Shown: positions 9,116-20,130 of the stretch, in pieces
Layout: each line of letters begins with the position of its first letter
How positions within the stretch are numbered: the first letter of the stretch is position 1
NCBI GenBank assembly: GCA_905206345.1
Contig: CAJLGW010000001.1
Span: 27,670 to 91,669, forward strand
Source: an uncultured Sutterella sp.
Lineage (GTDB): Bacteria > Pseudomonadota > Gammaproteobacteria > Burkholderiales > Burkholderiaceae_F
Length of the DNA: 64,000 nucleotides
Direction: 5' to 3'
Position numbers and translations under genes: made by a program
The notes under the pieces: model-generated
What the model was told of the DNA's origin: nothing
The model's database searches: none
Seen by the model: the letters and a program-made list of their open reading frames with translations, nothing else

Positions 9116-10075
9116 ATGGAAATGAATAAGCCCTTCGTTCACCTCTCCGTTATGCGAGAGGAAGCACCTCGAGAATTGGTGCATAACGCCGATGGCATTT
9201 ATGTGGATGCGACCTTTGGTCGTGGCGGCCACTCTCGTCTTATTCTTGAATCTTTAAGTCCCAAGGGACGTCTTATTGCGTTTGACCGAGATCCGGAAGC
9301 CATTGTCGCGGCTGCCGAAATCAAGGATGAGCGCTTTACGATTATCCATGCACCGTTTTCTCAATTAAAAGAAAAACTGTTGACTTTAGGTGTGACCGAA
9401 GTTGACGGTGTTTTCATGGATATTGGTGTATCAAGTCCTCAAATTGACGATGCCTCCCGCGGTTTTTCATTCCGTATGGATGGGCCACTTGATATGCGTA
9501 TGGATACGACGACGGGGATGACGGCAGCCCAATGGCTTGCTACAGCCCAAGAGCGTGAAATTGCCAATGTCATTTCTGATTTAGGTGAGGAGCGTTTTGC
9601 TCGAAAAATTGCCAAAACGATCTGCCAAACGCGTGAAGAATCCCCGTTAACGACAACGCAACAATTGGCCAAGTTAGTGGCAAGCGTTGTCCCGATGAAT
9701 AAAAAGGATCCCACGCAAAATCCGGCAACGCGTACCTTCCAAGCTATTCGCATTCATATTAATAGCGAGTTGGATGAGTTAACCCATGCACTTAATGGCG
9801 CAATGGATGTGGTTAAAGACGGCGGGCGAATCGCAGTCATCACCTTCCATTCGTTAGAAGACCGTATTGTGAAGCGGTTTTTCGATAAAGCTGCACATCC
9901 GGAACGTGATATTGATCCTCGTTTGCCGCTTCGTCCTGATCAATTGCCTCAACCGCTTTTGTCAGATGTGCGTCGAATCTTACCCAGCAAGGAAGAATGC
10001 GCTGAAAATCCTCGAGCTCGCAGCTCCATTTTGAGAGTGGCGACCCGTTCTCGCGGGGAGGATGGGGCATGCTGA
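9116..10075 (+). CDS. rsmH: 16S rRNA m4C1402 methyltransferase
   Basis: DATFGRGGHS, DIGVSSPQID, FHSLEDRIVK, NPRARS; alternative start at 9122. Confidence 0.97.
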   Translation: MEMNKPFVHLSVMREEAPRELVHNADGIYVDATFGRGGHSRLILESLSPKGRLIAFDRDPEAIVAAAEIKDERFTIIHAPFSQLKEKLLTLGVTEVDGVFMDIGVSSPQIDDASRGFSFRMDGPLDMRMDTTTGMTAAQWLATAQEREIANVISDLGEERFARKIAKTICQTREESPLTTTQQLAKLVASVVPMNKKDPTQNPATRTFQAIRIHINSELDELTHALNGAMDVVKDGGRIAVITFHSLEDRIVKRFFDKAAHPERDIDPRLPLRPDQLPQPLLSDVRRILPSKEECAENPRARSSILRVATRSRGEDGAC

Positions 10076-10419
10076 AATATTTCAATTTGATGTTTATTCG
10101 CAAACATCTTTTGATGATTAGCATTGGTTTACTCACCGTTTCATTGGTGACGGAAGCGGTGTTGATTGTGAACTCTCAATACCGAGTACGAGAACTCACG
10201 ATCACGATTGAGCAAGAACAAGAGTATGGCCGTCGTCTGCAAGACGAGTCTAAAGAGTTGCGCATTGAATTGGCAAAGGCGACTTTGCCTGCCTATATTT
10301 CCAAAACAGCCTTAGAGATGGGGCTTGAGGCCGCTCGCAACGAAAATACCGTTATCTTACAACCCAAGCCGGTGCCACACTTCGTAACGCGTAAGCGTCA
10401 AGGGGAGGGCTCGAAATGA
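10069..10419 (+). CDS. ftsL: Cell division protein FtsL
   Basis: Position between rsmH and ftsI; single TM segment followed by a coiled coil. Confidence 0.8.
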   Translation: MLKYFNLMFIRKHLLMISIGLLTVSLVTEAVLIVNSQYRVRELTITIEQEQEYGRRLQDESKELRIELAKATLPAYISKTALEMGLEAARNENTVILQPKPVPHFVTRKRQGEGSK

Positions 10420-12227
10420 GAAATACCCCCTTGTTCGAAAGATTAAAGATTGCGGTGACGCAAAAGGCCTCGTCTTTTTGGAACGAAGACCGCTCGCCTA
10501 AGCGCCAAAAACGTGCGGCTGAACGCGAGAAAGATTGGCGTACAACGGAAATTTCACAAAAGCGCTCGCATGTTTTGTTGGGCACGCTAGTTTCGGTTTT
10601 CTCTATTTGCTTCTTACGAGCCGTTTACTTGCAATGTTTCAACACGGAGTTTTTGCAACGTCAAGGGGAATTTCGTTACGCAAAAACGCTCGATATTACA
10701 GCCGGTCGTGGTCAAATTTTTGACCGCAATGGTGTTGTCTTGGCGGCGTCCTTGCCTGCTCGTTCCATTTGGGCAACGACCAATTTGGTTGAAATTACGC
10801 CTAATGAAATTGCGCAGCTCAGTCAATTGCTCGGCGTTTCCACGAACACTTTGCAAAAGCGTTTAGCGCGCCCGAATGCTTGGGTCAATATTGCGCGTCA
10901 AGTGGACATGGAAACGGTTCGCAAAGTGCAAGCGATGAAGATTTCCGGCTTCACGTATACGCCTGATGTTAAGCGCCAGTATCCCGGTGGTGAGCTTTCT
11001 GCCCACATTGTTGGTTTTAACAATCGAGAAAATCACGGGCAAGAAGGGATTGAGTTAGCAAACGATAAGACGTTGACCGGTCAAAATGGACAACGTCGCG
11101 TCATCCGTGATCGTTTGGGGCACGTGATCGAAGAAGTTTGGGCTCAAGAACCGGTTCCCGGTAAAGATTTGCATCTTTCGATTGACTCCCGCATTCAGTT
11201 CATTGCCTATAGTGCGGTTAAGCGAGCGGTAGAAAAGCATAGTGCTAAGGCGGGTGCTGCCGTGGTTGCTGACTCCATCACGGGTGAAATTTTGGCGCTT
11301 GCCAGTTGGCCGGCCTTCGATCCCAACGATCGAAGCACGTTTGCTTGGGATCGCATTCGCAATCGCGTTGTGACCGATACGTTTGAACCGGGTTCCACCG
11401 TTAAACCTTTCTCAATTGCCAAGGCCATTGACTTAGGTATTGTTCGTCCGGACAGTCTCATTCAGACGGCACCGGGACAAATTGTTGTGGCTGACCGAAA
11501 AATTAGTGATAGCAAAGATTATGGTCTTTTGACGGTGTCGCAGGTGATTGCCAAGTCCTCGAACGTAGGCACGGTGAAGATTTCTTTGCAGATTCCTCCT
11601 CAAGTGCTTTGGGATACGTACACGCGCTTGGGATTTGGTCAAGCTCCCCAAGTGGGCTTCCCGGGTGTTGTCGCTGGTCGTTTGCGTCCCGCTAAGACTT
11701 GGGGACCGGTGGAACAAGCAACGGTTTCCTATGGCTACGGCTTATCGACCTCTTTGATGCAGTTGGCACAAGCCTATACGGTTTTTGCTCGCAACGGTGA
11801 CGTGATCCCGTTAACCTTAATGAAGCGAGATCATGCCGCTGCCGGTGAACAAATTTATCGTCCCGAAACGGCACGACAAATGCGCGCCATGATGATGACA
11901 ACGGTGCACCGTGGTGGGACGGCTTCTCGGTTGAAGGTGACGGGCTACACGGTAGCTGGTAAGACCGGGACGGTTTATAAAGTTAAAAACGGTGAGTATG
12001 TCCGTGACTACGTGGCCTCTTTTGTTGGTTTGGCACCGGCTACGCAACCGCGTTTGGTGGTGGCTGTTATGATTGACGAACCGAAGGATGCCGGTCACGT
12101 GGGTGGCGTGGTGGCGGCACCCGTATTTGGCGAAATTGTAGAGTCTGCTTTGCAGACGATGCTCGTGAATCCCGATGATCCTATGATGATTGCCGGCCGA
12201 GGTGTGTTGGCTAAGAGTGCACAATGA
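10416..12227 (+). CDS. ftsI: Penicillin-binding protein 3
   Basis: RGQIFDRNG, EPGSTVK (SxxK), KSSN (SxN), GKTGT. Confidence 0.95.
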   Translation: MRNTPLFERLKIAVTQKASSFWNEDRSPKRQKRAAEREKDWRTTEISQKRSHVLLGTLVSVFSICFLRAVYLQCFNTEFLQRQGEFRYAKTLDITAGRGQIFDRNGVVLAASLPARSIWATTNLVEITPNEIAQLSQLLGVSTNTLQKRLARPNAWVNIARQVDMETVRKVQAMKISGFTYTPDVKRQYPGGELSAHIVGFNNRENHGQEGIELANDKTLTGQNGQRRVIRDRLGHVIEEVWAQEPVPGKDLHLSIDSRIQFIAYSAVKRAVEKHSAKAGAAVVADSITGEILALASWPAFDPNDRSTFAWDRIRNRVVTDTFEPGSTVKPFSIAKAIDLGIVRPDSLIQTAPGQIVVADRKISDSKDYGLLTVSQVIAKSSNVGTVKISLQIPPQVLWDTYTRLGFGQAPQVGFPGVVAGRLRPAKTWGPVEQATVSYGYGLSTSLMQLAQAYTVFARNGDVIPLTLMKRDHAAAGEQIYRPETARQMRAMMMTTVHRGGTASRLKVTGYTVAGKTGTVYKVKNGEYVRDYVASFVGLAPATQPRLVVAVMIDEPKDAGHVGGVVAAPVFGEIVESALQTMLVNPDDPMMIAGRGVLAKSAQ

Positions 12228-15082
12228 TTGCAAATATCAAGAATTACGTTGACTTATTAAAGCGTTTAGCCCCCGAGGCTAAACGTCTTGTTTTGGACTC
12301 CCGCACCGTTGGTGCGGGTGATGTTTTTATTGCGGTCCCTGGTTTACATGTGGACGGTCGACAATTCTTAGAACAAGCTGCCCAAAAGGCAACGGCTGTG
12401 GTTTATGAAGATGACGGGATTCGTCGTACTTACGCGGTGCCCGCGATTGCAGTGCCTGAGTTATCGAAGTATCTCGGCAATTTTGCAGCAGAATTCTATC
12501 GCCACCCGACGCAAGACCTGTTTGGTGTAGGTATCACGGGTACAAACGGTAAAACCACCACCTCTCACTGGGTTTCTCAGTTGTTAACGGCTTTAGAAGA
12601 GCCTTGCGCTGCCATTGGTACGATTGGTTGCACGATGGCAGGAAAGCCTTTCCCTTCAGCCCCTTTAACGACGCCCGATGCAGCTTCTTTGCAAGGGTTA
12701 TTCCGAGATTTGGCCAAAGCCGGTGCCAAAGCCTTTGCTGTTGAAGCCAGTTCCATCGGTTTGGAACAAGGACGTCTGCAAGGCACGCATTTTGATGTTG
12801 CTGTCTTTACGAATTTAAGTCGCGACCACCTTGACTATCACCATGATATGCAGGCCTACGAAGAGGCTAAAGGCATTTTGTTTGATTGGCCGCAGTTGCG
12901 TAGTAGTGTTATCAATATTGATGATGAAGCAGGTTTGCGTCTTGCCGAACGTTGCGTTTGCCGTGGTGTGAAGTGCTTTGTGACGACAACGCGTGGGACG
13001 TTACCCTTGCCGGGGACGCATAGCATTGCTGCAGAGAACATTCGAGCAATGCAAGACGGGATGGAATTTGATTTGGTCTATGAAGGCAATCGTCATCATT
13101 TAGCCGTTCATCTTTTTGGCGAATTTAATATTTCAAATCTTTTAGGTGTGATTGGTGTTGCATTGGCCAAGGGTTATGACATTGAAACGATCATGCCGTT
13201 GTTGCCACACTTGGTGCCGCCTGCCGGTCGTATGCAATTGGTTAAGCATGACCGTACGGCTTTAGGTGTCGTGGACTATAGTCATACGCCGGACGCAGTG
13301 GAAAAAGCACTTTTAGCTCTTCGCCCGATTGTGAGAGCTCGTCGTGGCAAACTTTGGGTTATTGTGGGAGCGGGTGGCGATCGCGATAGCGGTAAGCGTC
13401 CAATCATGGCAAGCATTGCCCAACAAATGGCCGATTTTGTGGTTTTAACGAGCGACAATCCCCGCACAGAAAACCCGACAGACATTTTGGCTCAGATGGT
13501 CGCCGGTATGAAAGAAGGCGGTCACCCCTACGTGGTGATTGAAGATCGTCGTGAAGCCATTCAAAAAGCTGTTAATACTGCTGCTCCCGAAGACATTATC
13601 TTGGTAGCCGGTAAGGGACATGAGCTTTATCAAGATATCCAAGGCGTCAAGCATCCCTTTAGTGACAAAGTGGAAGTGCACAATGCGCAATGGATGAAGG
13701 TGATGCCACCGGACTCCTTGATGCGAGTGAAGTACCTTGCCAATTTGTTGCCCGGTTCGAAATTCTTGGGCAGTGACGTTCCCTTTAGTTCTGTCTCGAC
13801 CGACACAAGATCGGTGACCAACGGAACGCTCTTTTTTGCCTTAAAGGGTGATCGTTTTGACGGTCATGACTTTGTGATGCAAGCGATGCACGCAGGTGCA
13901 GTGGCCTTGGTGGTTGATCATGAAGTTAACTGCCCCTTGCCTCAAATCGTTGTCAATAATGTGAAATTGGCATTGGGTGCTAGTGCGGGCTATTGGCGCA
14001 GTAAACAGGCGCTTAATATGGTGGCTGTTGCAGGCAGTAACGGTAAAACCACCACCACGCAAATGATTGCTTCGATTTTGAGAGCTCACTATGGTGATCA
14101 CGCTTTATCTACGCAAGGCAATCTCAACAATGACATTGGAGTGCCGCTTATGTTGTGGCGTTTGCGTGAAAAACATGAAGCCGCTGTCATTGAGACCGGT
14201 ATGAATCATGTGGGTGAAATGCGTTATTTGGCGGGGCTTGTTCAACCGAAGGTTGCTATCGTGACAAATGCCCAACGCGAACATCAAGAGTTTATGCAAA
14301 CGGTTCAGGCTACAGCGCGTGAAAACGGAGAAATTTTCCGTCATATGATGCCTGCCAGCACAGCCGTGATTCCATTTGATGATGAGTGCAAAAACATTTG
14401 GCTTGAAATGGCTCAAAACTCTCAGATTGTGACGTTTGGTTTGCCCAATGAAGCGGATGTGACCGGTACGATGACGCCGACCAATACCGGGATGGATGTC
14501 AAAATCAATACTCCCATCGGTGACTTTAAGGCGCATTTGAAAGTTCGTGGGGAACACAATTTCAAAAATGCATTAGGTGCCACGGCGGTTGCATTATCTC
14601 TGAGTTTGTCTACGGATGTGATTGCTAAGGGATTAGAAGCCTTTGAACCGATCAAGGGCCGAGGCGCTGTCATTACGACTGATCGTTATACCGTCATTGA
14701 CGACGCTTATAATGCCAATCCCGACAGCATGAAAGCCAGTATTGATATTTTGGCCTCTATGCCCGCACCGCGATTGTTGGTGGCAGCAGATATGTTGGAG
14801 TTGGGGGACAAGTCTCGTGAGTACCACGAGGAAATTGCCACTTATGCTGTCCAAAAAGGCATTGATGGTTTTATTACAACCGGCAGTGCAATGAAATTTG
14901 CGTATGAGAAATTCCGTGAGTTAAAGCCCGGCGCTGAAGTCATCTGGGAAGGGGAACGCAAGGAATTTCTGAATAAACTTTTGGAAATTAAAGATCGTTA
15001 TCGTTCTATTTCGGTCAAGGGTTCCAATAGTATGCGACTCGATTTGGCTGTGAAGGCACTGGTCGAGTCCGAGAAACGTTAA
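12224..15082 (+). CDS. murE-murF: Bifunctional MurE-MurF fusion
   Basis: Two Mur ligase modules in one 952-aa ORF: GTNGKTT...DNPR...GKGHE, then GSNGKTTT...NLNNDIG...DAYNANP. Confidence 0.95.
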   Translation: MIANIKNYVDLLKRLAPEAKRLVLDSRTVGAGDVFIAVPGLHVDGRQFLEQAAQKATAVVYEDDGIRRTYAVPAIAVPELSKYLGNFAAEFYRHPTQDLFGVGITGTNGKTTTSHWVSQLLTALEEPCAAIGTIGCTMAGKPFPSAPLTTPDAASLQGLFRDLAKAGAKAFAVEASSIGLEQGRLQGTHFDVAVFTNLSRDHLDYHHDMQAYEEAKGILFDWPQLRSSVINIDDEAGLRLAERCVCRGVKCFVTTTRGTLPLPGTHSIAAENIRAMQDGMEFDLVYEGNRHHLAVHLFGEFNISNLLGVIGVALAKGYDIETIMPLLPHLVPPAGRMQLVKHDRTALGVVDYSHTPDAVEKALLALRPIVRARRGKLWVIVGAGGDRDSGKRPIMASIAQQMADFVVLTSDNPRTENPTDILAQMVAGMKEGGHPYVVIEDRREAIQKAVNTAAPEDIILVAGKGHELYQDIQGVKHPFSDKVEVHNAQWMKVMPPDSLMRVKYLANLLPGSKFLGSDVPFSSVSTDTRSVTNGTLFFALKGDRFDGHDFVMQAMHAGAVALVVDHEVNCPLPQIVVNNVKLALGASAGYWRSKQALNMVAVAGSNGKTTTTQMIASILRAHYGDHALSTQGNLNNDIGVPLMLWRLREKHEAAVIETGMNHVGEMRYLAGLVQPKVAIVTNAQREHQEFMQTVQATARENGEIFRHMMPASTAVIPFDDECKNIWLEMAQNSQIVTFGLPNEADVTGTMTPTNTGMDVKINTPIGDFKAHLKVRGEHNFKNALGATAVALSLSLSTDVIAKGLEAFEPIKGRGAVITTDRYTVIDDAYNANPDSMKASIDILASMPAPRLLVAADMLELGDKSREYHEEIATYAVQKGIDGFITTGSAMKFAYEKFRELKPGAEVIWEGERKEFLNKLLEIKDRYRSISVKGSNSMRLDLAVKALVESEKR

Positions 15083-15106
15083 AGAATTCAAGAAAGGAAC
15101 ACTTAA

Positions 15107-16261
15107 ATGTTATTGGAACTTTTCCAGTGGTTAGGGGAAGATATCCGCGCTTTTCAAGTCTTTAATTATTTAAGCTTGAGAGCCGTGATGGCAGCCTTGA
15201 CGGCCCTGTTTATCGGTTTTGCAGCAGGCCCCGCTACTATTCGCTATTTAAAGGCAATGAAGGTGGGTCAAGCCGTTCGTAATAACGGTCCAAAGACACA
15301 CTTGGTTAAAGATGGTACGCCGACCATGGGGGGCGTGCTTATTTTGATTTCCATTGCACTTTCGACCTTGTTGTGGATGGACTTAAGTAACCGTTTTGTT
15401 TGGGTGGTGCTTTTTGTCACGACAGGCTACGGTGCCGTAGGTTGGATCGATGATTACCGAAAGGTTGTGCATCACGATCCCAAGGGAATGAGCGCACGAG
15501 AAAAGTTCGGCTGGCTCTCCTTAATTGGTGGCTTGGCGTCTGTCTATTTGGCATTTGCAATTTCCGCTCCCACCAATATTCATGTGATTGACATGATTGT
15601 CGGTTGGGTGCAATCGGGTTTTCCTTTAACAATGCCTTCGCAAGCGGATTTGATTATTCCTTTCTTTAAACATTTCGCTTATCCGTTGGGGATTGTGGGT
15701 TTTGTTATTTTGACCTACATCGTGATTGTTGGCACAAGTAACGCCGTCAATTTGACGGACGGCTTGGATGGTTTGGCCATTTTGCCGTGTGCGATGGTGG
15801 GGAGTGCTTTGGGGATCTTCGCTTACGTAGTTGGCCGTTATGACTTTGCTCACTACTTGCTCTTTCCTCATATTCCGGGGGCCGGTGAATTAGTGGTGGT
15901 TTGTGCTGCTTTAGCTGGTGCCGGTTTGGCCTTTTTATGGTTTAACGCTCACCCGGCACAAGTATTCATGGGTGACGTTGGTGCTTTGGCATTGGGTGGC
16001 GCATTAGGAACAATTGCCGTTATCACGCGTCAAGAGTTTGTGTTGGCCATCATGGGTGGGATTTTTGTGGTAGAAACTTTGTCTGTCATGATTCAAACCA
16101 CCTACTTCCGGTATTCGGGCGGTCGTCGTATTTTCTTGATGGCACCGTTGCACCACCATTTCGAATTAAAGGGTTGGAAAGAAACTCAAGTGGTGACGCG
16201 CTTTTGGATCATTACCTTTATTTTGGTTTTGATCGGTTTGTCGACGTTAAAGATTCGCTAA
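15107..16261 (+). CDS. mraY: Phospho-MurNAc-pentapeptide transferase
   Basis: [34 protein letters not shown]. Confidence 0.97.
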   Translation: MLLELFQWLGEDIRAFQVFNYLSLRAVMAALTALFIGFAAGPATIRYLKAMKVGQAVRNNGPKTHLVKDGTPTMGGVLILISIALSTLLWMDLSNRFVWVVLFVTTGYGAVGWIDDYRKVVHHDPKGMSAREKFGWLSLIGGLASVYLAFAISAPTNIHVIDMIVGWVQSGFPLTMPSQADLIIPFFKHFAYPLGIVGFVILTYIVIVGTSNAVNLTDGLDGLAILPCAMVGSALGIFAYVVGRYDFAHYLLFPHIPGAGELVVVCAALAGAGLAFLWFNAHPAQVFMGDVGALALGGALGTIAVITRQEFVLAIMGGIFVVETLSVMIQTTYFRYSGGRRIFLMAPLHHHFELKGWKETQVVTRFWIITFILVLIGLSTLKIR

Positions 16262-16277
16262 TCAAAAGGTGAAAATC

Positions 16278-17720
16278 ATGAGCAAGGCTTTAGTGATCGG
16301 TTTAGGGGCCTCAGGGGTGGCTTGTACCCAATTTCTTATCAAACGCGGTTACGAGGTGATCGGAACCGATACGCGTGAAACGCCCCCGTCATTGGAGCGC
16401 TTGCAAGCGTTGCCAGCTTTTACCTTTAAGTGCCTGTCTGACGCTCAAGCTTCGTTAAACGACGTTGAATTCGTGGTAATCTCACCGGGAATTTCCCCCT
16501 ATTACTCTGAAGTCGCACCGATCATTTCTAAGGCTCAATCGATGCAATTGCCTTGGTTTGGCGAGATCGAATTATTTGCTCGTGAATTAGAGCATCTTAA
16601 AAATGAACGCCAATATGAACCGATTGTTTTAGCGATTACCGGTACGAACGGGAAAACAACGACAACGGTTTTAACGACCAAAATGGCCGAGGCCAGTGGA
16701 AAATTTGCGGTTGCAGCCGGCAATATCGGTCCCAATGCTGTAACGGAATTGGATCGCTACTTGGAAGAAGGGCGATTGCCTGACGTTTGGGTGTTGGAAC
16801 TTTCAAGCTTTCAATTAGAGTCAACGCATACATTGATCCCGACGGCTGCAGCCTTGTTAAATATCACTCAAGACCACTTGGATTGGCACGGTTCGATGCA
16901 AGCCTATATGGACGCCAAGGCCCATATTTTTCAATCCGAAAAGACGGTGCGAGTTCTCAATCGTGATGATGCCAGTGTGATGCAGTACGCTAGCGCCCCT
17001 CGCGTTGCCACTTTCGGTGAATCAGCACCTGAGGGTGAAAATCAATGGGGCTTGGTCAAAGACGACGAGCTATTCTGGTTGGCCTACAACGAAGATGATT
17101 CCATTGCGCTTTCTAAGCGCAAGGTGTTGCCGGGCGAGCTTTTACAACGCTTGATGCCCGAAGAAGCATTAAAGATTTGCGGTCGTCACAATACGATGAA
17201 TGCTCTTGCGGCGCTCGCTTTAATTCATGCAGCCAACTTGCCTTTAGCCGATGCCATTCGTGCGCTTTCCAATTACACGGGTGAAGCTCATCGTGTTCAA
17301 TATGCCTTAACAGTCGATGGCGTGGATTACATCGACGACAGTAAGGGGACCAATGTTGGTGCAACGGTGGCTGCACTGGAAGGTTTGGGCGCCACCGGTA
17401 AGAAGATGGTGGTCATTTTGGGCGGTGACGGTAAAGGACAAGATTTTTCACCAATTGCTCAATCGATGGCCCTTCATGCTCGCGGTGCGGTGTTAATCGG
17501 TCGCGATGCACCTTTGATTGAAAAAGCTTTGGCAGGTGCAACCTATCCCGTGCAAAAGGCTCAAACATTACCAGAAGCAGTGCAGATGTGTGCTCAGATG
17601 GCCAAAACAGGCGACTATGTTTTGTTGTCACCTGCTTGCGCCAGCTGGGACATGTTTAGAGATTACGCACAACGAAGTGAAATTTTTATTGAAAGCGCTC
17701 GTGCGCTTCAAAAGAACTGA
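16278..17720 (+). CDS. murD: UDP-MurNAc-L-Ala-D-Glu ligase
   Basis: GTNGKTT, ELSSFQLE, DDSKGTN, LSPACAS; alternative GTG start at 16269. Confidence 0.96.
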   Translation: MSKALVIGLGASGVACTQFLIKRGYEVIGTDTRETPPSLERLQALPAFTFKCLSDAQASLNDVEFVVISPGISPYYSEVAPIISKAQSMQLPWFGEIELFARELEHLKNERQYEPIVLAITGTNGKTTTTVLTTKMAEASGKFAVAAGNIGPNAVTELDRYLEEGRLPDVWVLELSSFQLESTHTLIPTAAALLNITQDHLDWHGSMQAYMDAKAHIFQSEKTVRVLNRDDASVMQYASAPRVATFGESAPEGENQWGLVKDDELFWLAYNEDDSIALSKRKVLPGELLQRLMPEEALKICGRHNTMNALAALALIHAANLPLADAIRALSNYTGEAHRVQYALTVDGVDYIDDSKGTNVGATVAALEGLGATGKKMVVILGGDGKGQDFSPIAQSMALHARGAVLIGRDAPLIEKALAGATYPVQKAQTLPEAVQMCAQMAKTGDYVLLSPACASWDMFRDYAQRSEIFIESARALQKN

Positions 17721-17731
17721 TTTTCGGTCGA

Positions 17732-18946
17732 ATGTTCCAGTTTAAAAACCTTTTTAAAAGTCAAAACACCAAACCTGAACAATGGGGGCAGGGCCGACGC
17801 TTTGGTTCCGTCTCCAGTGTTGACTATTCATTGTTGGGAACGATTGCGGCGCTCTTAGTGATTGGCGCCATTATGGTCTATTCGGCCTCCATTTCTTTGG
17901 CAGACTCGCCGAAGTATCAAACGAGTGAATACCATTTTATTCTTCGACACTTGATCTACATGAGTGTCGGTATTTTTGCCGGTTGGTGCGTCTTTAATGT
18001 GCCCATCGATAAATGGGAGCGCTTGAGTTACCCTCTAGCTGTTTTGGGGATTATTTGTTTATTTTTGGTTTTTGTACCGGGGTTAGGCAAAAGCGTTAAC
18101 GGTGCAACGCGATGGATTGGTTTTGGTCCGGTCAATTTGCAAGTTTCAGAAGTTGTGAAATTTGTTTCCGTTTTAGTGATTGCAAAATTTGCGATTGAGC
18201 GGCAAGCCTATATGCACTCTATTACTCGTGCTCTTTTACCTGTGCTTGCCTATGTCTTTTTCGTAGCGGGTTTATTAGCGATTCAACCCGACTTAGGGGC
18301 AACGGTTGTGATCGCAAGCATTGTGGTCGGTATTGTCTTTTTGGCCGGATTGAGCTGGAGAATTATTTTTACACTCGGTGCCTTCCTAGTTGGAACCATT
18401 ATTACATCTGTGGTGCTATCGCCTTGGCGTACCGCTCGCGTGTTTGCCTATCTCAACCCGTGGGATCCTGAAAATCAAATCGGTAAAGCCTATCAGTTAA
18501 CGCACTCTTTGATTGCATTCGGTCGTGGTGAAATTTTTGGCGTTGGGTTAGGTGCCAGTGTTGAAAAAATGCACTATTTACCTGAAGCGCATACGGACTT
18601 TATTTTGGCCGTGATCGGTGAAGAGTGCGGACTGCTTGGGTTTACTGTTGTCTTAGGCCTTTTTTATTGGCTTGTTCGCAGTGCTTTTGAAATCGGTCGC
18701 CAAGCGGTTCGATTGGATATGGTCTATGCTGGATTGGTTGCTCAAGGCGTGGGACTCTGGATTGGGGTACAGGCTTTAATTAACATCGGTGTTGCGATTG
18801 GTGTTTTCCCAACCAAAGGGTTAACGTTGCCTTTGGTGAGCTATGGGGGTTCGTCATTGGTCATCACGCTATGTGCGCTGGCGTTATTGATTCGAGTCGA
18901 TTTTGAAAACCGCTTATTAATGCGCGGGAAACGGAGAAGAGAATGA
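17732..18946 (+). CDS. ftsW: Peptidoglycan glycosyltransferase FtsW
   Basis: NGATRW, QPDLG, YLPEAHTDFI, PLVSYGGSS. Confidence 0.96.
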   Translation: MFQFKNLFKSQNTKPEQWGQGRRFGSVSSVDYSLLGTIAALLVIGAIMVYSASISLADSPKYQTSEYHFILRHLIYMSVGIFAGWCVFNVPIDKWERLSYPLAVLGIICLFLVFVPGLGKSVNGATRWIGFGPVNLQVSEVVKFVSVLVIAKFAIERQAYMHSITRALLPVLAYVFFVAGLLAIQPDLGATVVIASIVVGIVFLAGLSWRIIFTLGAFLVGTIITSVVLSPWRTARVFAYLNPWDPENQIGKAYQLTHSLIAFGRGEIFGVGLGASVEKMHYLPEAHTDFILAVIGEECGLLGFTVVLGLFYWLVRSAFEIGRQAVRLDMVYAGLVAQGVGLWIGVQALINIGVAIGVFPTKGLTLPLVSYGGSSLVITLCALALLIRVDFENRLLMRGKRRRE

Positions 18947-20037
18947 GTGATCGAAACCATTTGATTATTGCTGCTGCGGGTACAGGCGGTCATGTGATGC
19001 CGGGTTTGGCGGTGGCCGAAGAAATGAAAAAGCGCGGTTGGACAGTTTCGTGGATCGGAACTCCCGTGGGAATGGAAGGTCGATTGGTTGGTCAGCGTGG
19101 CATTGATTTCGACGCATTAGATTTTACGGGTATGCGTGGCAAAGGCTTGGGTCATGCCATCAAAGGCGCATTCAAGTTGGTGAAATCCTGTTTTAAAGCA
19201 AAAGAAATTGTTGACGATCGGGATGCTGACGTGGTTTTTTCCACCGGAGGCTATATTGCCGTGCCTGCCGCTTTCGGTGCTCGAGCCGAAGGCAAACCCT
19301 TGGTCATGATGAATTGTGATGCAGGAAGCCTCATGAGCGTACGTGTCGTGATGCCCGTAGCTTCTGCCGTTATGTGCGGTTTTGACGGAGAATGTGCTCA
19401 AAGGGCCGGCAAAAAAGCCATCGTTTCTGGCAACCCTGTTCGTGAAGAGATTCTTCATTTACCCAAGCCCTCAGAGCGCTATGCCGGTCGCACGGGACGT
19501 CAGCACGTATTGGTGTTTGGTGGTTCTTTAGGCGCAAAGGTTCTTAACGATACCGTGCCTCGCGCTTTGGCTTTATTCGATGAAAGTACTCGTCCGACGG
19601 TCACCCACCAATGCGGGAAAAATGCAGTAGAAAGTGTTAAAGAAACGTACCGTTCTTTGGGAATTGAAGCTGAAGTTGTCAGTTTTATTGACGATATGGC
19701 CAGTGCTTATGAGAAGGCCGATCTTGTTGTTTGTCGAGCCGGTGCTACGACTGTGAGTGAGTTAACCGCAGGTGGCATCCCAGCTATTTTGGTGCCTTTT
19801 GTGGTTTCTACGACTCAACACCAATTGGGTAACGCTCAGTATTTGCAAGCCCATGATGCGGGCATTTTGCTCGAGCAAAAGCATTTAACAGCCGAGAATT
19901 TGTATAACCAGTTGCGGTCTTTGGATAGGGAACGCTTGTTATCAATGGCACAAAATGCACAAAAATTAGGCCATTTAAATGCGGCCAAAACCGTGGCTGA
20001 CACCATTGAGCGTTTGGCAAAATTGGGTGACAATTAA
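18943..20037 (+). CDS. murG: Lipid II GlcNAc transferase
   Basis: AGTGGH, GNPVR, GGSLGA, RAGATTVSE, HQLGNA. Confidence 0.95.
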   Translation: MSDRNHLIIAAAGTGGHVMPGLAVAEEMKKRGWTVSWIGTPVGMEGRLVGQRGIDFDALDFTGMRGKGLGHAIKGAFKLVKSCFKAKEIVDDRDADVVFSTGGYIAVPAAFGARAEGKPLVMMNCDAGSLMSVRVVMPVASAVMCGFDGECAQRAGKKAIVSGNPVREEILHLPKPSERYAGRTGRQHVLVFGGSLGAKVLNDTVPRALALFDESTRPTVTHQCGKNAVESVKETYRSLGIEAEVVSFIDDMASAYEKADLVVCRAGATTVSELTAGGIPAILVPFVVSTTQHQLGNAQYLQAHDAGILLEQKHLTAENLYNQLRSLDRERLLSMAQNAQKLGHLNAAKTVADTIERLAKLGDN

Positions 20038-20130
20038 ATTAAACATAAAAAAGCCCGATCGCTTAAAATTAAAGGTTAAGTCTTAATTTTGGAAAAAGTG
20101 ACAACTCTTTGTGGTTGTCGGGGGTTTTTC

